64,000 nucleotides of DNA from an uncultured candidatus Brocadiaceae bacterium (GTDB lineage: Bacteria > Planctomycetota > UBA1135 > UBA2386), in contig CAYQMF010000002.1 in the NCBI GenBank assembly GCA_964418595.1, positions 41,723-105,722 on the forward strand, read 5' to 3'. Of this stretch, positions 32,095 through 41,686 are shown in pieces. A program made the position numbers and the translations under genes. Positions within the stretch are counted from its first letter, which is position 1, and each line of letters begins with the position of its first letter. The notes beneath the pieces are model-generated. The model saw only the letters and a list, made by a program, of their open reading frames with translations. It was not told the origin of the DNA and did no database searches.

Positions 32095-32813
32095 CGCAGC
32101 CCCCGATGCAGGAGATCTGGCACGAGCTTCGCCTGCAGCCGTCCGTGCCGCAGGCACACTTCGGCGTCGCCGCCGGTGATCAACACCGGCGGCGCGCCCC
32201 CCAGAACCGGCGCGATCTCCGCGACGAGGCGCTCGACGGCGCCGGCAAACGCGAGCATCACGCCCGCGTCGACCGCTGCCGACGAACTCGTCGCCGGCAC
32301 GCTGATCTGGCGGCGCCGGTCGAAGGCGGGAAGTGCCGGCGCGGCGGTCGCGAGACCGAGGGCCATCGCGGCGAGGCCCGGCGCAATCGCGCCCCCGAGG
32401 AACGTGCCGTCCGCAGCGACGGCATCGACAGTGACGGCGGTCCCGCAGTCGACGACGACGGCGGCACGCAGCTCACGATGCGCCGCCAGCGCGGTGACCC
32501 AGCGATCGACGCCCAGCGTCCCCGGCTCGGCGTACCGCGTCGGCAACGGGCACGGCAGATCGACACCCGCGAGTTCCAGTCGGACGCCGATTCCTGCCAG
32601 CAGCCGCGCCAGGGGATCGAGCCCGCCCCGCACTACCGTGGCACCTACCGCCCGCCTCGGCCGCGGCATCGCGGCCAGCGCGCCCTCCAGACGAGCTGGT
32701 TCCGTGGCGGGCAAACGGACCCGCACGGGCGGATCGGTATGCAGGAGCAGGTCGAGCGTGGTGTTGCCGCGATCGACGGTGAGCAAGGCTAGCGAGCCAG
32801 CGGTGGCGCCCAC
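32058..32813 (-). CDS. coaX: Type III pantothenate kinase
   Basis: LLTVDRGNTTLDLLL (DxGNT motif), VVVDCGTAVTVDAV, PGLAAMALGL and LITGGDAEV. The start is GTG at 32813, with a possible TTG 12 codons downstream. Confidence 0.85.
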   Translation of the reverse strand: MGATAGSLALLTVDRGNTTLDLLLHTDPPVRVRLPATEPARLEGALAAMPRPRRAVGATVVRGGLDPLARLLAGIGVRLELAGVDLPCPLPTRYAEPGTLGVDRWVTALAAHRELRAAVVVDCGTAVTVDAVAADGTFLGGAIAPGLAAMALGLATAAPALPAFDRRRQISVPATSSSAAVDAGVMLAFAGAVERLVAEIAPVLGGAPPVLITGGDAEVCLRHGRLQAKLVPDLLHRGLRWLAEPTGASAS

Positions 32814-32822
32814 GCCCGCCGC

Positions 32823-34046
32823 CTACTTCTTGTCGGGGAGCGTGATGGTGCGCGTTTCGAGTCCGCTGCGGGCACTGAGGATCTCGGCCACGAAGCGCCG
32901 CGTGCCGGACTCGTACTGTCGCCGCCCGACGCTGTAGGCCTGCGCCTTGCTCTTCACGGCTTCGCCGTTGATCGAGAGGATGACGTCTCCGGGCTGGACA
33001 CCGAACGATGCCAGCTGCCCGGAGACCCGATCGACGCGAAGCCCTTCGTAGTTGCCGACCCGCGCGCGGTACGAACTCACGGCGACGTCCTCGTTGAAGA
33101 TCCGATCGGACTCCGTCCCGAAGCGATCGAAGTCCTTGCGGCTGACGTGCACGTTGCGCGGCGTGACCTCGCGCGTCTCCTCGACGTCCTGCCAGTCCGA
33201 GACCTTCGCCACCGGCTCGTCGACCGGCTTGGTCTCGCCGCCGGCCCGCTCCCGGCGCTGCTCGGTCCGCAGTGCCTTGACGACGTTGGCATCCAGCTCG
33301 AGTTCGTTCTTGAAGACCTCCTCCACCTTCCAGAGAGCGCGCTCCTTCTTGGGATCCTCGCGCGTGAAGAAAGCCGACTGTGCATCCTCGGAGACCCGAT
33401 CGAGGCGCACGTTGTTGTACGGCGGCCAGAGAGTCTCCTCGAGGCGCACGAAGTGACGGAGGTCGGTTTGCGGACCGGAAACCAGCGGCATGGCTCCGAC
33501 GGGAGGCTGAGCCCCACGCGTCCCATCGCCAGGCGCCCAGGCCCGGGTTGTCGGCGCCGTCGCGCTCGCCAAGAACTCCGGGGGCGGCTGGACGTTGGCC
33601 TCGGGCTTGTACCTCAGGACCACGTGCGTGCTCCGGTTGGTCTTGCCGACCTCACACATCAGGGACTCGATGACGAAGATGTCTTCGAGCTTCACGCCGG
33701 TGTCCTCGGGCGCCTTGGTCTCGGGTTCCACCGGGACGTCGTCCACCTTGGGAGCCTCCACCTTGCCGATGATGTTGACCTTGGCGAACTGTTTCCACCA
33801 CTCGGTGTCGTTGGGGCCGTACCGCCACTGCTTCTTCTCCGGCTGCAGCTCCCGGCCGGCCTTGAGCAGCCTCTCCATGTCCTCGACGACCGGCGACTGG
33901 CGCTTGGGGTCCGGTTGCGTGAACCGCGCCGCGGCCTGCTTCTGGCTGTTGGTCGTCTCGTAGAACGTCAAGCCGATGCCGGCGAACAGGGCGGTCGCGC
34001 CGCCATAGAGCGTGTAGAGGAGGAGCTTCACCGGGACCTTGGCCAT
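32823..34046 (-). CDS. Bitopic membrane protein with C-terminal PDZ-like domain (GspC-like architecture)
   Basis: ORF 32823..34196 trimmed to ATG 34046 (MAKVPVKLLLYTLYGGATALFAGIGLTFY, TM anchor). It has a Lys/Glu/Pro-rich linker and a beta-rich middle region (LEDIFVIESLMCEVGKTNRSTHVVLRYKP). The C-terminal PDZ signature is FGVQPGDVILSINGEAVKSKAQA. It lies directly downstream of a PilT-like ATPase. Confidence 0.7.
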   Translation of the reverse strand: MAKVPVKLLLYTLYGGATALFAGIGLTFYETTNSQKQAAARFTQPDPKRQSPVVEDMERLLKAGRELQPEKKQWRYGPNDTEWWKQFAKVNIIGKVEAPKVDDVPVEPETKAPEDTGVKLEDIFVIESLMCEVGKTNRSTHVVLRYKPEANVQPPPEFLASATAPTTRAWAPGDGTRGAQPPVGAMPLVSGPQTDLRHFVRLEETLWPPYNNVRLDRVSEDAQSAFFTREDPKKERALWKVEEVFKNELELDANVVKALRTEQRRERAGGETKPVDEPVAKVSDWQDVEETREVTPRNVHVSRKDFDRFGTESDRIFNEDVAVSSYRARVGNYEGLRVDRVSGQLASFGVQPGDVILSINGEAVKSKAQAYSVGRRQYESGTRRFVAEILSARSGLETRTITLPDKK

Positions 34047-34278
34047 CCGTGCCGTCGAGTGTAGCGCCGAGGATCGGTCGACAGAACGCTGACCTGAAGT
34101 CGACGCCGGGCCGCTTCGACGGAGTTGGCCGAGCGTTCTTCCCGCCGAGGCAACACCGGCACCCCGCGCCTCGGCGACGGGGTATGCCCGCGCCACGAGC
34201 TGCGGGCCGGCATGGCGTTCGCCCCGAACGTCGAAGGAGACGACCGGGACGGGGCGGGCGAGCCCGGCCAGCGCCCGG

Positions 34279-35400
34279 TCAGGTCGAGGCTGGCAGGGGG
34301 CGGTCGGCGCTCGCGCTCTGACCGCCGCGAGTGATCCCGCGCATGTGGAGCTTGAGCTCGTCCGGGCTGTCCGACGCCTCCAGGGCCTCGTCGAAGCTGA
34401 TGTTGCCCGCGTTGTAGAGTCGGATCAGCGACTGGTTGAATGTCATCGTGCCGTAGTAGGCCCCCTCCGCCAGGGCCTTGGGCAGCGACCTGGTCTCTCC
34501 CCGCTCCAGGTGGTCGCGCACCGTTGGGGTGTTGATCAGCAGTTCGACCGCCGGCATCTGGCTCCGCCCTTCCTTGGTGTTGATGAGCCGGAGCGAGATC
34601 ACGCCCTGGAGGTTGAGCGCGAGTTGCAGGCGAATCAGCTCGTGCTGGTGGGGCGGGAAGAAGGAGATGATGCGCTCGACGGTCTGCACCGCGTTCACGG
34701 TGTGCAGCGTCGAGAAGACGAGGTGACCGGTCTCCGCTGCGTTGATCGCGGCTTCCATGGTCTCGCGATCGCGCATTTCGCCGATCAGGATGACGTCGGG
34801 AGACTGCCGGACCGCGTGCCGCAGCGCTTCTGCGAACGTCGGAGCATCCGAGCCGATCTCGCGCTGGTTCACGATGCTCCGCCGATCCTCGAACATGAAC
34901 TCGATCGGATCTTCGATCGTGATGATGTGCTTGGCGTGCGTGCGGTTGACGTGCTCGACCATCGCCGCCAGCGTCGTCGACTTGCCGGAGCCCGCGATCC
35001 CGGTCGCGAGGACGAGTCCGCGCGGCAGCCCCGCGAGCCGGCGGAGCTGATCCACCGGCAGATTGAGGTCCTTGAAGGACGGGATCGACTCCTTGATCGC
35101 GCGGAACACGAAGCCGATCTGCCCGCCGACGACGAACGCGTTGCAGCGGAAGCGGCCGATGCCGGGCTTGTTCACCGCCACGTCCGCCGCGCCGTGCGCA
35201 AGGAAGTGCTGGCGCTCCGCCTGCGGCACGATGTCCCCCAGGAAGCGCTTGAGCTGCTGCGCGTCCATCGGCAGGTCACCCAGGAAGCGGATCTGTCCCG
35301 CGACGCGCATCGCGGGGCAGCCGCCGGTCTTGAGGATGAGGTCGGAGGCCCTCTCCTTCACCATGATCTGCAGCAGGTCGTCCAGGCTGGGCTGACTCAT
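34279..35400 (-). CDS. Second PilT-family hexameric ATPase (PilU/PilT2-like)
   Basis: 373 aa: ASDLILKTG, Walker A GIAGSGKSTT, VILIGEMRD and TGHLVFSTLHTV. The PilT AIRNLIRE motif is degenerate (PTVRDHLERGE). Confidence 0.9.
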   Translation of the reverse strand: MSQPSLDDLLQIMVKERASDLILKTGGCPAMRVAGQIRFLGDLPMDAQQLKRFLGDIVPQAERQHFLAHGAADVAVNKPGIGRFRCNAFVVGGQIGFVFRAIKESIPSFKDLNLPVDQLRRLAGLPRGLVLATGIAGSGKSTTLAAMVEHVNRTHAKHIITIEDPIEFMFEDRRSIVNQREIGSDAPTFAEALRHAVRQSPDVILIGEMRDRETMEAAINAAETGHLVFSTLHTVNAVQTVERIISFFPPHQHELIRLQLALNLQGVISLRLINTKEGRSQMPAVELLINTPTVRDHLERGETRSLPKALAEGAYYGTMTFNQSLIRLYNAGNISFDEALEASDSPDELKLHMRGITRGGQSASADRPLPAST

Positions 35401-35532
35401 CCTCGTAGGCGTCTCCTCGGAATCCCTATCGGCGATCCCGGGATGCCGGGTGTAGGCGGACCCGTACGGGTCGGCCCGGCGCGCGCACGGAGCCCCGGTC
35501 TCACGATGAGACGGACCCGACGCCGGCCCGTG

Positions 35533-36528
35533 CTACGTGGCCTGCGGCCAGATCATGCGCGCGAGCGCCGCCTGGAGATCGGCGACTCCGGCGCGGGTGG
35601 CAGCGGAGATTGCCAGCACCGGTTCCCCCAGTCCCGCTTGCAGCGCTGCGACGCGGGCGCGGGCGGCGTCGTCTTCGACCTTGGTTGCGACGATCAAAGC
35701 CGGCCGCCGCGCCAGTTCGTCCGAGTAGCCCCTCAGCTCGCCACGGATGACCGAGACCGCGGTCGCCGGATCGTCGAGCGCGCTCGACGAGCAGTCGACG
35801 AGGTGCAGCAGCACCCGCGTCCGTTCGACGTGCTTGAGGAAACGGTCGCCGAGACCCTTGCCCAGGTGCGCGCCCTCGATCAAGCCCGGGATGTCCGCCA
35901 TGACGAAGGACCGATCCGCGGCGAGCGGCACGATCCCGAGGTGCGGCTCCAGCGTCGTGAACGGGTAGTCCGCGATCTTCGGCCGCGCTCGCGACAGGGT
36001 GGCGAGCAGCGTCGACTTCCCGGCGTTGGGCAACCCGATCAAGCCAACGTCGGCGATGAGCTTGAGGCTGAGCCGGATCTGGCGCTCCTCGCCCGGGCGT
36101 CCCCGCTCGAACTGCCGCGGCGCGCGGTTCGTCGCCGTCGCGAAGCGGGCGTTGCCGCGCCCGCCCTTGCCGCCGAGAGCGACCGTGAACGGTTCGTCCG
36201 CGACGCTGAGATCCTTGATGACGTTGCCGCGGTCGGCGTCGAGCACGACCGTGCCGAGCGGCACGCGCAGCACCGTGTCCTCCGCCTTCTTGCCGGAGCA
36301 ATCGCGCGCACCGCCGGGCTGGCCGTCCCGCGCGTCGTACGACGCACGCCCGACCAGGTGGTACAGCGTGTTCTCGTGCACGCTGGGGAGAAGCACGACC
36401 GCACCACCGTCGCCACCATCCCCGCCGTCGGGTCCCCCACGTTGCACGAACTTCTCGCGGAGGAAGGACAGCGCGCCGTCGCCTCCGCGCCCGCCTCGCA
36501 CCGTGAACGCGATCTCATCGACGAACAT
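35533..36528 (-). CDS. obg: GTPase Obg/CgtA
   Basis: MFVDEIAFTVRGGRGGDGALSF..GGPDGGDGGDGG forms the Obg fold. G motifs GLPNAGKSTLL, DIPGLIEGA and TKVED are present. It follows rplU-rpmA, as in most bacteria. Confidence 0.95.
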   Translation of the reverse strand: MFVDEIAFTVRGGRGGDGALSFLREKFVQRGGPDGGDGGDGGAVVLLPSVHENTLYHLVGRASYDARDGQPGGARDCSGKKAEDTVLRVPLGTVVLDADRGNVIKDLSVADEPFTVALGGKGGRGNARFATATNRAPRQFERGRPGEERQIRLSLKLIADVGLIGLPNAGKSTLLATLSRARPKIADYPFTTLEPHLGIVPLAADRSFVMADIPGLIEGAHLGKGLGDRFLKHVERTRVLLHLVDCSSSALDDPATAVSVIRGELRGYSDELARRPALIVATKVEDDAARARVAALQAGLGEPVLAISAATRAGVADLQAALARMIWPQAT

Positions 36529-36585
36529 CGTGTTCCAGCTCGCGGCGCCGGGGTCTGGCCGCGGGATCGCGGCCGCGGATTGCCG

Positions 36586-36846
36586 TCAGTTGGTGGACGG
36601 CGCGGCCAGCGGATCCACGTGCACCTTGCGGTTGCTCTGGAACCGCACCGTGCCCGGGATGAGGGCGAACAGCGTGTCGTCGCAGGCGCGCTTCACGTTG
36701 TGGCCAGGCAGCCACTTCGTGCCGCACTGGCGGATGATGATCGTGCCGGCGGTGACGAGCTCGCCACCGTGACGCTTGACGCCGCGGTGCTTGGGGTTGC
36801 TGTCGCGACCGTTCGACGTCGACCCTTGACCCTTCTTGTGTGCCAT
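36586..36846 (-). CDS. rpmA: 50S ribosomal protein L27
   Basis: [42 protein letters not shown] is the canonical L27 sequence. Confidence 0.97.
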   Translation of the reverse strand: MAHKKGQGSTSNGRDSNPKHRGVKRHGGELVTAGTIIIRQCGTKWLPGHNVKRACDDTLFALIPGTVRFQSNRKVHVDPLAAPSTN

Positions 36847-36890
36847 GTCGGTATGCCTCGCTCTGCTGGGACGTCAGACTGGTCCGGGGG

Positions 36891-37211
36891 TCAGCCCTGG
36901 ATCGCCTGGATCTCGACTTCGGTGAACCTGGCCCGGAAACCCGTCCGCCGCCGACTGTTCTTGCGCCGGCGGAACTTCTGCACGACGAGCTTGTCACCCT
37001 TGACCTCGCCGACGACTTTGGCCGTGACGGTCGCACCCGCGACGTAGGGCGCGCCGACGCGCGGGGTCTCGCCGCCGACGACGCAGACGTTCGCGAACGT
37101 CACGGTCGACTCGGGCTGCCAGTCGCGATGGAAGGCGAGGCAGACACGGTCGCCGGGGGCGGCCCGGTACTGCAGCGTGCGATCCTCGAAGATGGCGTAG
37201 GTGGAGGCCAT
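36891..37211 (-). CDS. rplU: 50S ribosomal protein L21
   Basis: MASTYAIFEDRTLQYRA..KVVGEVKGDKLVVQKFRRRKNSRRRTGFRARFTEVEI is the canonical L21 sequence. Confidence 0.95.
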   Translation of the reverse strand: MASTYAIFEDRTLQYRAAPGDRVCLAFHRDWQPESTVTFANVCVVGGETPRVGAPYVAGATVTAKVVGEVKGDKLVVQKFRRRKNSRRRTGFRARFTEVEIQAIQG

Positions 37212-37241
37212 GGCTCTCGTGCGTGGGAAAAGGGGCGTGGC

Positions 37242-37269
37242 AGGGTAGCGAGCACGGAAACGGTTTCAA
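37242..37269 (-). promoter_or_regulatory. Candidate sigma-70-type promoter for rplU-rpmA-obg
   Basis: In - strand sense: TTGAAA (plus 37264-37269), a 16-nt spacer, then TACCCT (plus 37242-37247), about 30 nt upstream of the rplU ATG. Confidence 0.3.
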
Positions 37270-37357
37270 GGGCGTCGAGCGGACACAGGCCCGCCCCGCG
37301 GGTCCGCGCGGCCGGCCCGCGCGGCAGGCGCGAGCGACCGGGGCCGGGTCGGCCTGG

Positions 37358-39397
37358 CTACAGGCGCACGCCCAAGCCCGGGGGCACCGCGACCTTGGCC
37401 TCCTGGCGGTCGCCGGTCAGGAACCGGTAGTGGACGGCGTCGACCGGGTAGCTGGGCTCGGCGCGGAACACGACGTGCTTCCCCACCACCTCCTCCATGT
37501 CCAGGATCGAGCGGCGCTTGTAGTTCACCAGGAAGTCGTTCACCGGCGGCGCCACGTACACGTGCAGGATGGAGAACCCCTTGAGGGACATGAGGGCGCG
37601 CACGTCGCGGAGCACGGCCAGCGCCTTGCTCTGCACGGTACGGACGAGGCCGGTGCTGCTGCAGTGCGTACAGGTCGTGAACACGGTCCGCTTCAGGCCC
37701 GGACCGACCCGCTGGCGGGTCATCTCCATCAGGCCGAAGCGCGAGATCCGCCCCACCTTGATCCGCGCGCGGTCGCCGCGGAGCGACTCGATCAGCTTGC
37801 GCTCGACGCCGCGCCGGTGCTTCTCGGCGTCCATGTCGATGAAGTCGATGATGATGAGGCCACCCAGATCGCGCAGCCGGAGCTGACGCACGACCTCCGG
37901 GATCGCCTGGATGTTCGTGCGATAGGCGGTCTCACCGAGGTCGCTGCCGGGCTTGAACTTCCCCGAGTTGACGTCGATCGACACCAGCGCCTCCGTCTGC
38001 TCGACGACGATGTAGGCACCGTTGCCGATGTCGACGCGAGGCTGGTACAGCTTCTCGACTTCGGATTCGACGCCGAACGAGTGGAAGAGCGGCGTGTGCC
38101 CCTCGTGCAGCCGGATGCGGCCGGAGAGGTAGGGCATCAGCTTGTCGGCGAACTCCTTGATCCGCATGTGCACGTCGCGGGAGTCGACGACCACCTCCTC
38201 GACGTCGGGGGTGAACAGGTCCCGCATCGCCTTCAAGACCAGGTCCGACTCCTGGTAGAGCAACGACGGGGCGCGTGTCAGGCGCGCGCGCTGCCCGACG
38301 ATGTCCCAGATCCGCTGCAGGTAGTCGCGATCCCGCTCGAGGTCGTCCTTGGTCTTCTCCGTACCGGCAGTGCGCACGATGAAGCCGATGCCGCCCTTGC
38401 CGGTCATGTCGAGTTCATCGACGATTCGCTTGAGGCGACGACGCTCCTTCTGCCCTTCGATCTTCCGCGACACCCCGCACTTCGGCAGGCTGGGCATGAG
38501 GACGAGGCAGCGGCCGGGCAAGGACACGTACGTGGTGAGCGTGGGGCCCTTGTTGCCGATCCCTTCCTTCGTGATCTGGACGATCACCTCCTGCCCCTTG
38601 CGCAGCAGCTGGTCGATGGGAACCCGCGGGCGCCGCTCCCGCCGGGGAGCCTGCCGGCGGCGGCCACTGCGGGCCTGGGTCTTGGCTGCGGTTGCCGCGA
38701 CGGGGGCTTGATCCGATGCGGACGCGACGGCTTCGACGGCAGAACCTCCGTCCGGATGCGCGCCCTCGGCATCGCGATCGGAGAGGGTCTCGTCGCCCGC
38801 CGCGTCTTCGCCGCCGGCTTCGTCCGGCTCCAGGCCATCGTCCGCGCCGGAGTCGGCACGGTCGTCGTCCTCGGCGTCATCCGCAGCCAGGATCGCGGCC
38901 TCACCGAGTGCCTCGCCGTCCGGGTCGCCCGTTTCGTCGAGATCGCTGAGGCAACCCCCCTCGTCGTCGTCCTCGACGCCATCGCCGTTCGGGTCCTCTG
39001 CGTCCCGCTCCGCATCGGCCTCGGCCTGCGGTGGTCCGGGATCGCGAGGCTCGCCCTCGCCGTCATCGGTGTCCTCGAGCACCGCGCGCACGACATCGGG
39101 CCCGTCGTCACCCGTCGCATGGGCGCGACCCTCGAGCACCTCCGTGAGCGAGAAGTCGTCGCGGGCGTAGTCGGGCAGGACGTCGGACGCGTGCAGGAAC
39201 CCGTTGGTGGTCCCCCCGAAGTTCACGAACGCCGCGCCGATGCTCGGCTCGACGTTGACGACGCGGCCCTTGTAGATGTTGCCGAGGTAGGCCTCGCGGT
39301 TAGCAAGTTCGACGTGCAGTTCCTGCAGGACGCCATCGCGAACCGTCGCGATCCGACTCTCCTCCGAGTCGATGGCGTTGATGAGCATGCGCTTCAA
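37358..39397 (-). CDS. rne: Ribonuclease E/G with a large acidic insertion in the S1 domain
   Basis: A TTG start gives MKRMLINAI, identical to the E. coli RNase E/G N-terminus MKRMLINA. It has S1 motif NIYKGRVVNVEPSIGAAFVNFGG and catalytic-core motifs (GLIIIDFIDM, CTHCSSTGLV). About 175 aa of Asp/Glu/Gly/Ala-rich sequence is inserted between GFLHASDV and LRKGQEVIVQITKEGIGNKGP. Confidence 0.92.
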   Translation of the reverse strand: MKRMLINAIDSEESRIATVRDGVLQELHVELANREAYLGNIYKGRVVNVEPSIGAAFVNFGGTTNGFLHASDVLPDYARDDFSLTEVLEGRAHATGDDGPDVVRAVLEDTDDGEGEPRDPGPPQAEADAERDAEDPNGDGVEDDDEGGCLSDLDETGDPDGEALGEAAILAADDAEDDDRADSGADDGLEPDEAGGEDAAGDETLSDRDAEGAHPDGGSAVEAVASASDQAPVAATAAKTQARSGRRRQAPRRERRPRVPIDQLLRKGQEVIVQITKEGIGNKGPTLTTYVSLPGRCLVLMPSLPKCGVSRKIEGQKERRRLKRIVDELDMTGKGGIGFIVRTAGTEKTKDDLERDRDYLQRIWDIVGQRARLTRAPSLLYQESDLVLKAMRDLFTPDVEEVVVDSRDVHMRIKEFADKLMPYLSGRIRLHEGHTPLFHSFGVESEVEKLYQPRVDIGNGAYIVVEQTEALVSIDVNSGKFKPGSDLGETAYRTNIQAIPEVVRQLRLRDLGGLIIIDFIDMDAEKHRRGVERKLIESLRGDRARIKVGRISRFGLMEMTRQRVGPGLKRTVFTTCTHCSSTGLVRTVQSKALAVLRDVRALMSLKGFSILHVYVAPPVNDFLVNYKRRSILDMEEVVGKHVVFRAEPSYPVDAVHYRFLTGDRQEAKVAVPPGLGVRL

Positions 39398-39821
39398 GAC
39401 TGGAATCCTCGCTGGGGATGCGCATGGCCGAGCCGGCGTGGGGTTGCGGCGCGCGAACGGAGTTCCGGTTCGGGCCTGCCATGCTGGCGCCGGAGACGAA
39501 GCTGGCGGCCGTCACGGCCACCGCGGTCTCGGTCCAACAGGCCGGTCGCCCGACCGATCGCGTTCGCGCACGAACGGGGCGCGGACCATGCGACGACCGG
39601 GGCGCCGGACTACGGCCCACGCAGCGAGCGAGTCTCTCCGTTCGCCTGGGGTGGGTCATCGCTCGCAACGCCGCGGCCGCTGAATAGGGGCTGACGCTTC
39701 ACCGTGAAGCGTGATCTGGGCGGGGACCATACGGGCGACCCCGCGGGGTCTCAAGCGTGCCCGCGCCGAGATCCTCGATCCGGCGCTGGCGGACCCGATC
39801 CGCCGGACGACGGCGGCCTCG

Positions 39822-39842
39822 GGCGGTGCCGAAGGCACCGCC
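39822..39842 (-). terminator. Perfect 9-bp stem / 3-nt loop hairpin right after the secretin gene
   Basis: ggcggtgcc gaa ggcaccgcc; in RNA sense GGCGGUGCC-UUC-GGCACCGCC. It lies 12 nt downstream of the stop at 39854 and has no U-tract. Confidence 0.4.
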
Positions 39843-39853
39843 AGGGTCACCTC

Positions 39854-41686
39854 CTACTTCTTGGCGCCCTCGCGCCCGAAGATCGCGTCGTGGAGCGACT
39901 GCATCCGCATCCGCTTCTCCTCCAGGACCTGGCGGAGGTGGACGTCCTGATCCTCGGGCGTGCGGACGATGGTGGGCGTCACGAAGACGATCAGGCTGCT
40001 CTTCGTCTTGTTGGTGCTGCGGTGCTTGAACAGCCAGCCGAGCACCGGGATGTCGCCGAGCAGCGGCAGCGCCGTCTCGGTCTCCGAGTTGGCCTCCGTG
40101 GTGAGCCCACCGAGGACCGCGGTCTGCTCCGAGCGGAGCAGGACCTTCGTCCCGATCGTGCTCGACGCGATGCGCGGCAGTGCGATCGAGCCCTCGCCCT
40201 CGCCCGAGCCGACCGTGAACACGTCGAACCCGGGGGGCGCGAACGCCGTGCTACCGGTGCCGGACAGCGCCGTCGACTGCGGGATGATGTCCATGATCAC
40301 CTTGTCGCTGCCCGGCACGATGTGCGGGATGACGAGGAGCTGGAAGCCGGTCTGGACCGGCGAGTTGGGCGCTTCCTCCACGACCAGACGCAGACCGCCG
40401 GCCTGGCCTTGCTCGGCGCGAGCCTGCGCGTAGCGCACCGTCTCGCCGACGAAGATGGTGGCCTCCTGGTGATCGAGGACGATCAGCTTCGGCGCCTGCA
40501 CGATCTCCGAGTTCACGTCGCGGCGCAGGAGCTTGAGGGCCGCCTGGACCTGGGTGAAGTTGAGCGCGCCGAAGATCACGTCCGGCACGACGGTGCGGCC
40601 GGTCGGGTTGATGTTGCTGTCCGCGAACGGGCCGGTCCCGGTGTCGTTGGCGATGAGGTTGTCGTCCCAGCCGCCGGGGCCCAGGTCGAAGGGCAGCCGC
40701 GTCGGGATCTGGCCGAGCCCGATGGCCGCCGACCAGCCCTCACCGCCGACGTCGACCCCGTAGCTCAGGAGGTCCTGGTTCGACGTGGTCACGAACTTCA
40801 CGTCGACGAACACCTGGCTCGGCTCGACGTCGATCTTCTCGATGATCCGCTCGATCTGGTCGACGACCGGCTTGGTGTCCCGGACGACGATCACGTTGTT
40901 GCCGTCGAAGTACTCGAGGCTGCCCGTGTCCGGCGTCAGCGCGCGACGCAGTGCGTCGAGCAACGTGAAGTTGATCCCGGCGCCCGTCGCCGCCGCCGGC
41001 GCGGTGTAGTTGACATAGGGCGTGTTGATGAAGGGCACGTACGCCGACCGGGGCCGCACGTAGCGGAGCTGGAACTCCTTGGTGACGAGGTCCTGCTTCA
41101 TGTTCGCCGGAGTCACCACGCGCAGGATGCCGCGCTCTTCCTCGACGACCACGTAGCCCAGTGTCTTCACCGCCGCGTCGAGCGCATCCCGCCACGGGAT
41201 GTTCTTGAGACGCAGCGTGATCGGCCCCTGCACGTCGGGCGACATCACGATGTTCGCGCCGGAGATCTTGGCGATCGTGTCCACCACCTTCTGGATGTCC
41301 GCGTTCTCGAACGCGAAGTACACCCGCGGCGGCTTCTCGATGCGCAGGACGTTGCCCGCCACTTCGACGACCACGCAGTTGGCCGCTTCGGCGACGAGGT
41401 CGAGGGCCTGACGCCACTCGACGTTCTCGAGGTCGATCGTGACGCTCTCCTCGATCGCCTGGTCCATGACGATGTTGACGTTCGCCTTCCGCCGGATGCT
41501 CTGCACCACTTCGCGAAGGAGACGGTCCTTGAGCTTCAGCGTGAGGCGGACCGAACGGTCGCCCCCCGTGCTCTCCATCGTGGACTGGGTGTCATCTTGC
41601 GGCTTGCCGCCCTGGGCAGTGCTGGTACCGGCCAGGGAGCAAAGCACCGCGATCGCGGTGAACGATGTCCAGATATGTGCCTGCAT
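39854..41686 (-). CDS. pilQ: Type IV pilus / T2SS secretin (PilQ/GspD family)
   Basis: ORF 39854..41911 trimmed to ATG 41686 (MQAHIWTSFTAIAVLCSLAGTSTAQ, signal peptide). It has repeated N-domains (VTIDLENVEWRQALDLV; ITLRLKNIPWRDALDAAV). The secretin core ends ALPLLGDIPVLGWLFKHRSTNKTKSSLIVFVTPTIV. Confidence 0.93.
   Translation of the reverse strand: MQAHIWTSFTAIAVLCSLAGTSTAQGGKPQDDTQSTMESTGGDRSVRLTLKLKDRLLREVVQSIRRKANVNIVMDQAIEESVTIDLENVEWRQALDLVAEAANCVVVEVAGNVLRIEKPPRVYFAFENADIQKVVDTIAKISGANIVMSPDVQGPITLRLKNIPWRDALDAAVKTLGYVVVEEERGILRVVTPANMKQDLVTKEFQLRYVRPRSAYVPFINTPYVNYTAPAAATGAGINFTLLDALRRALTPDTGSLEYFDGNNVIVVRDTKPVVDQIERIIEKIDVEPSQVFVDVKFVTTSNQDLLSYGVDVGGEGWSAAIGLGQIPTRLPFDLGPGGWDDNLIANDTGTGPFADSNINPTGRTVVPDVIFGALNFTQVQAALKLLRRDVNSEIVQAPKLIVLDHQEATIFVGETVRYAQARAEQGQAGGLRLVVEEAPNSPVQTGFQLLVIPHIVPGSDKVIMDIIPQSTALSGTGSTAFAPPGFDVFTVGSGEGEGSIALPRIASSTIGTKVLLRSEQTAVLGGLTTEANSETETALPLLGDIPVLGWLFKHRSTNKTKSSLIVFVTPTIVRTPEDQDVHLRQVLEEKRMRMQSLHDAIFGREGAKK

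Noticed and set aside
39398-39853. The 456-bp gap between pilQ and rne, considered as a hidden gene or ncRNA (track ORFs 39372..39683, 39418..39687, 39300..39668).
   Set aside because: The ORF translations are Arg/Gly/Pro-rich and mutually overlapping. The region contains GC hairpins (39694-39712, 39822-39842) and is more simply a terminator followed by the long rne 5' leader that RNase E genes typically have. I could not recognise a known RNA family.
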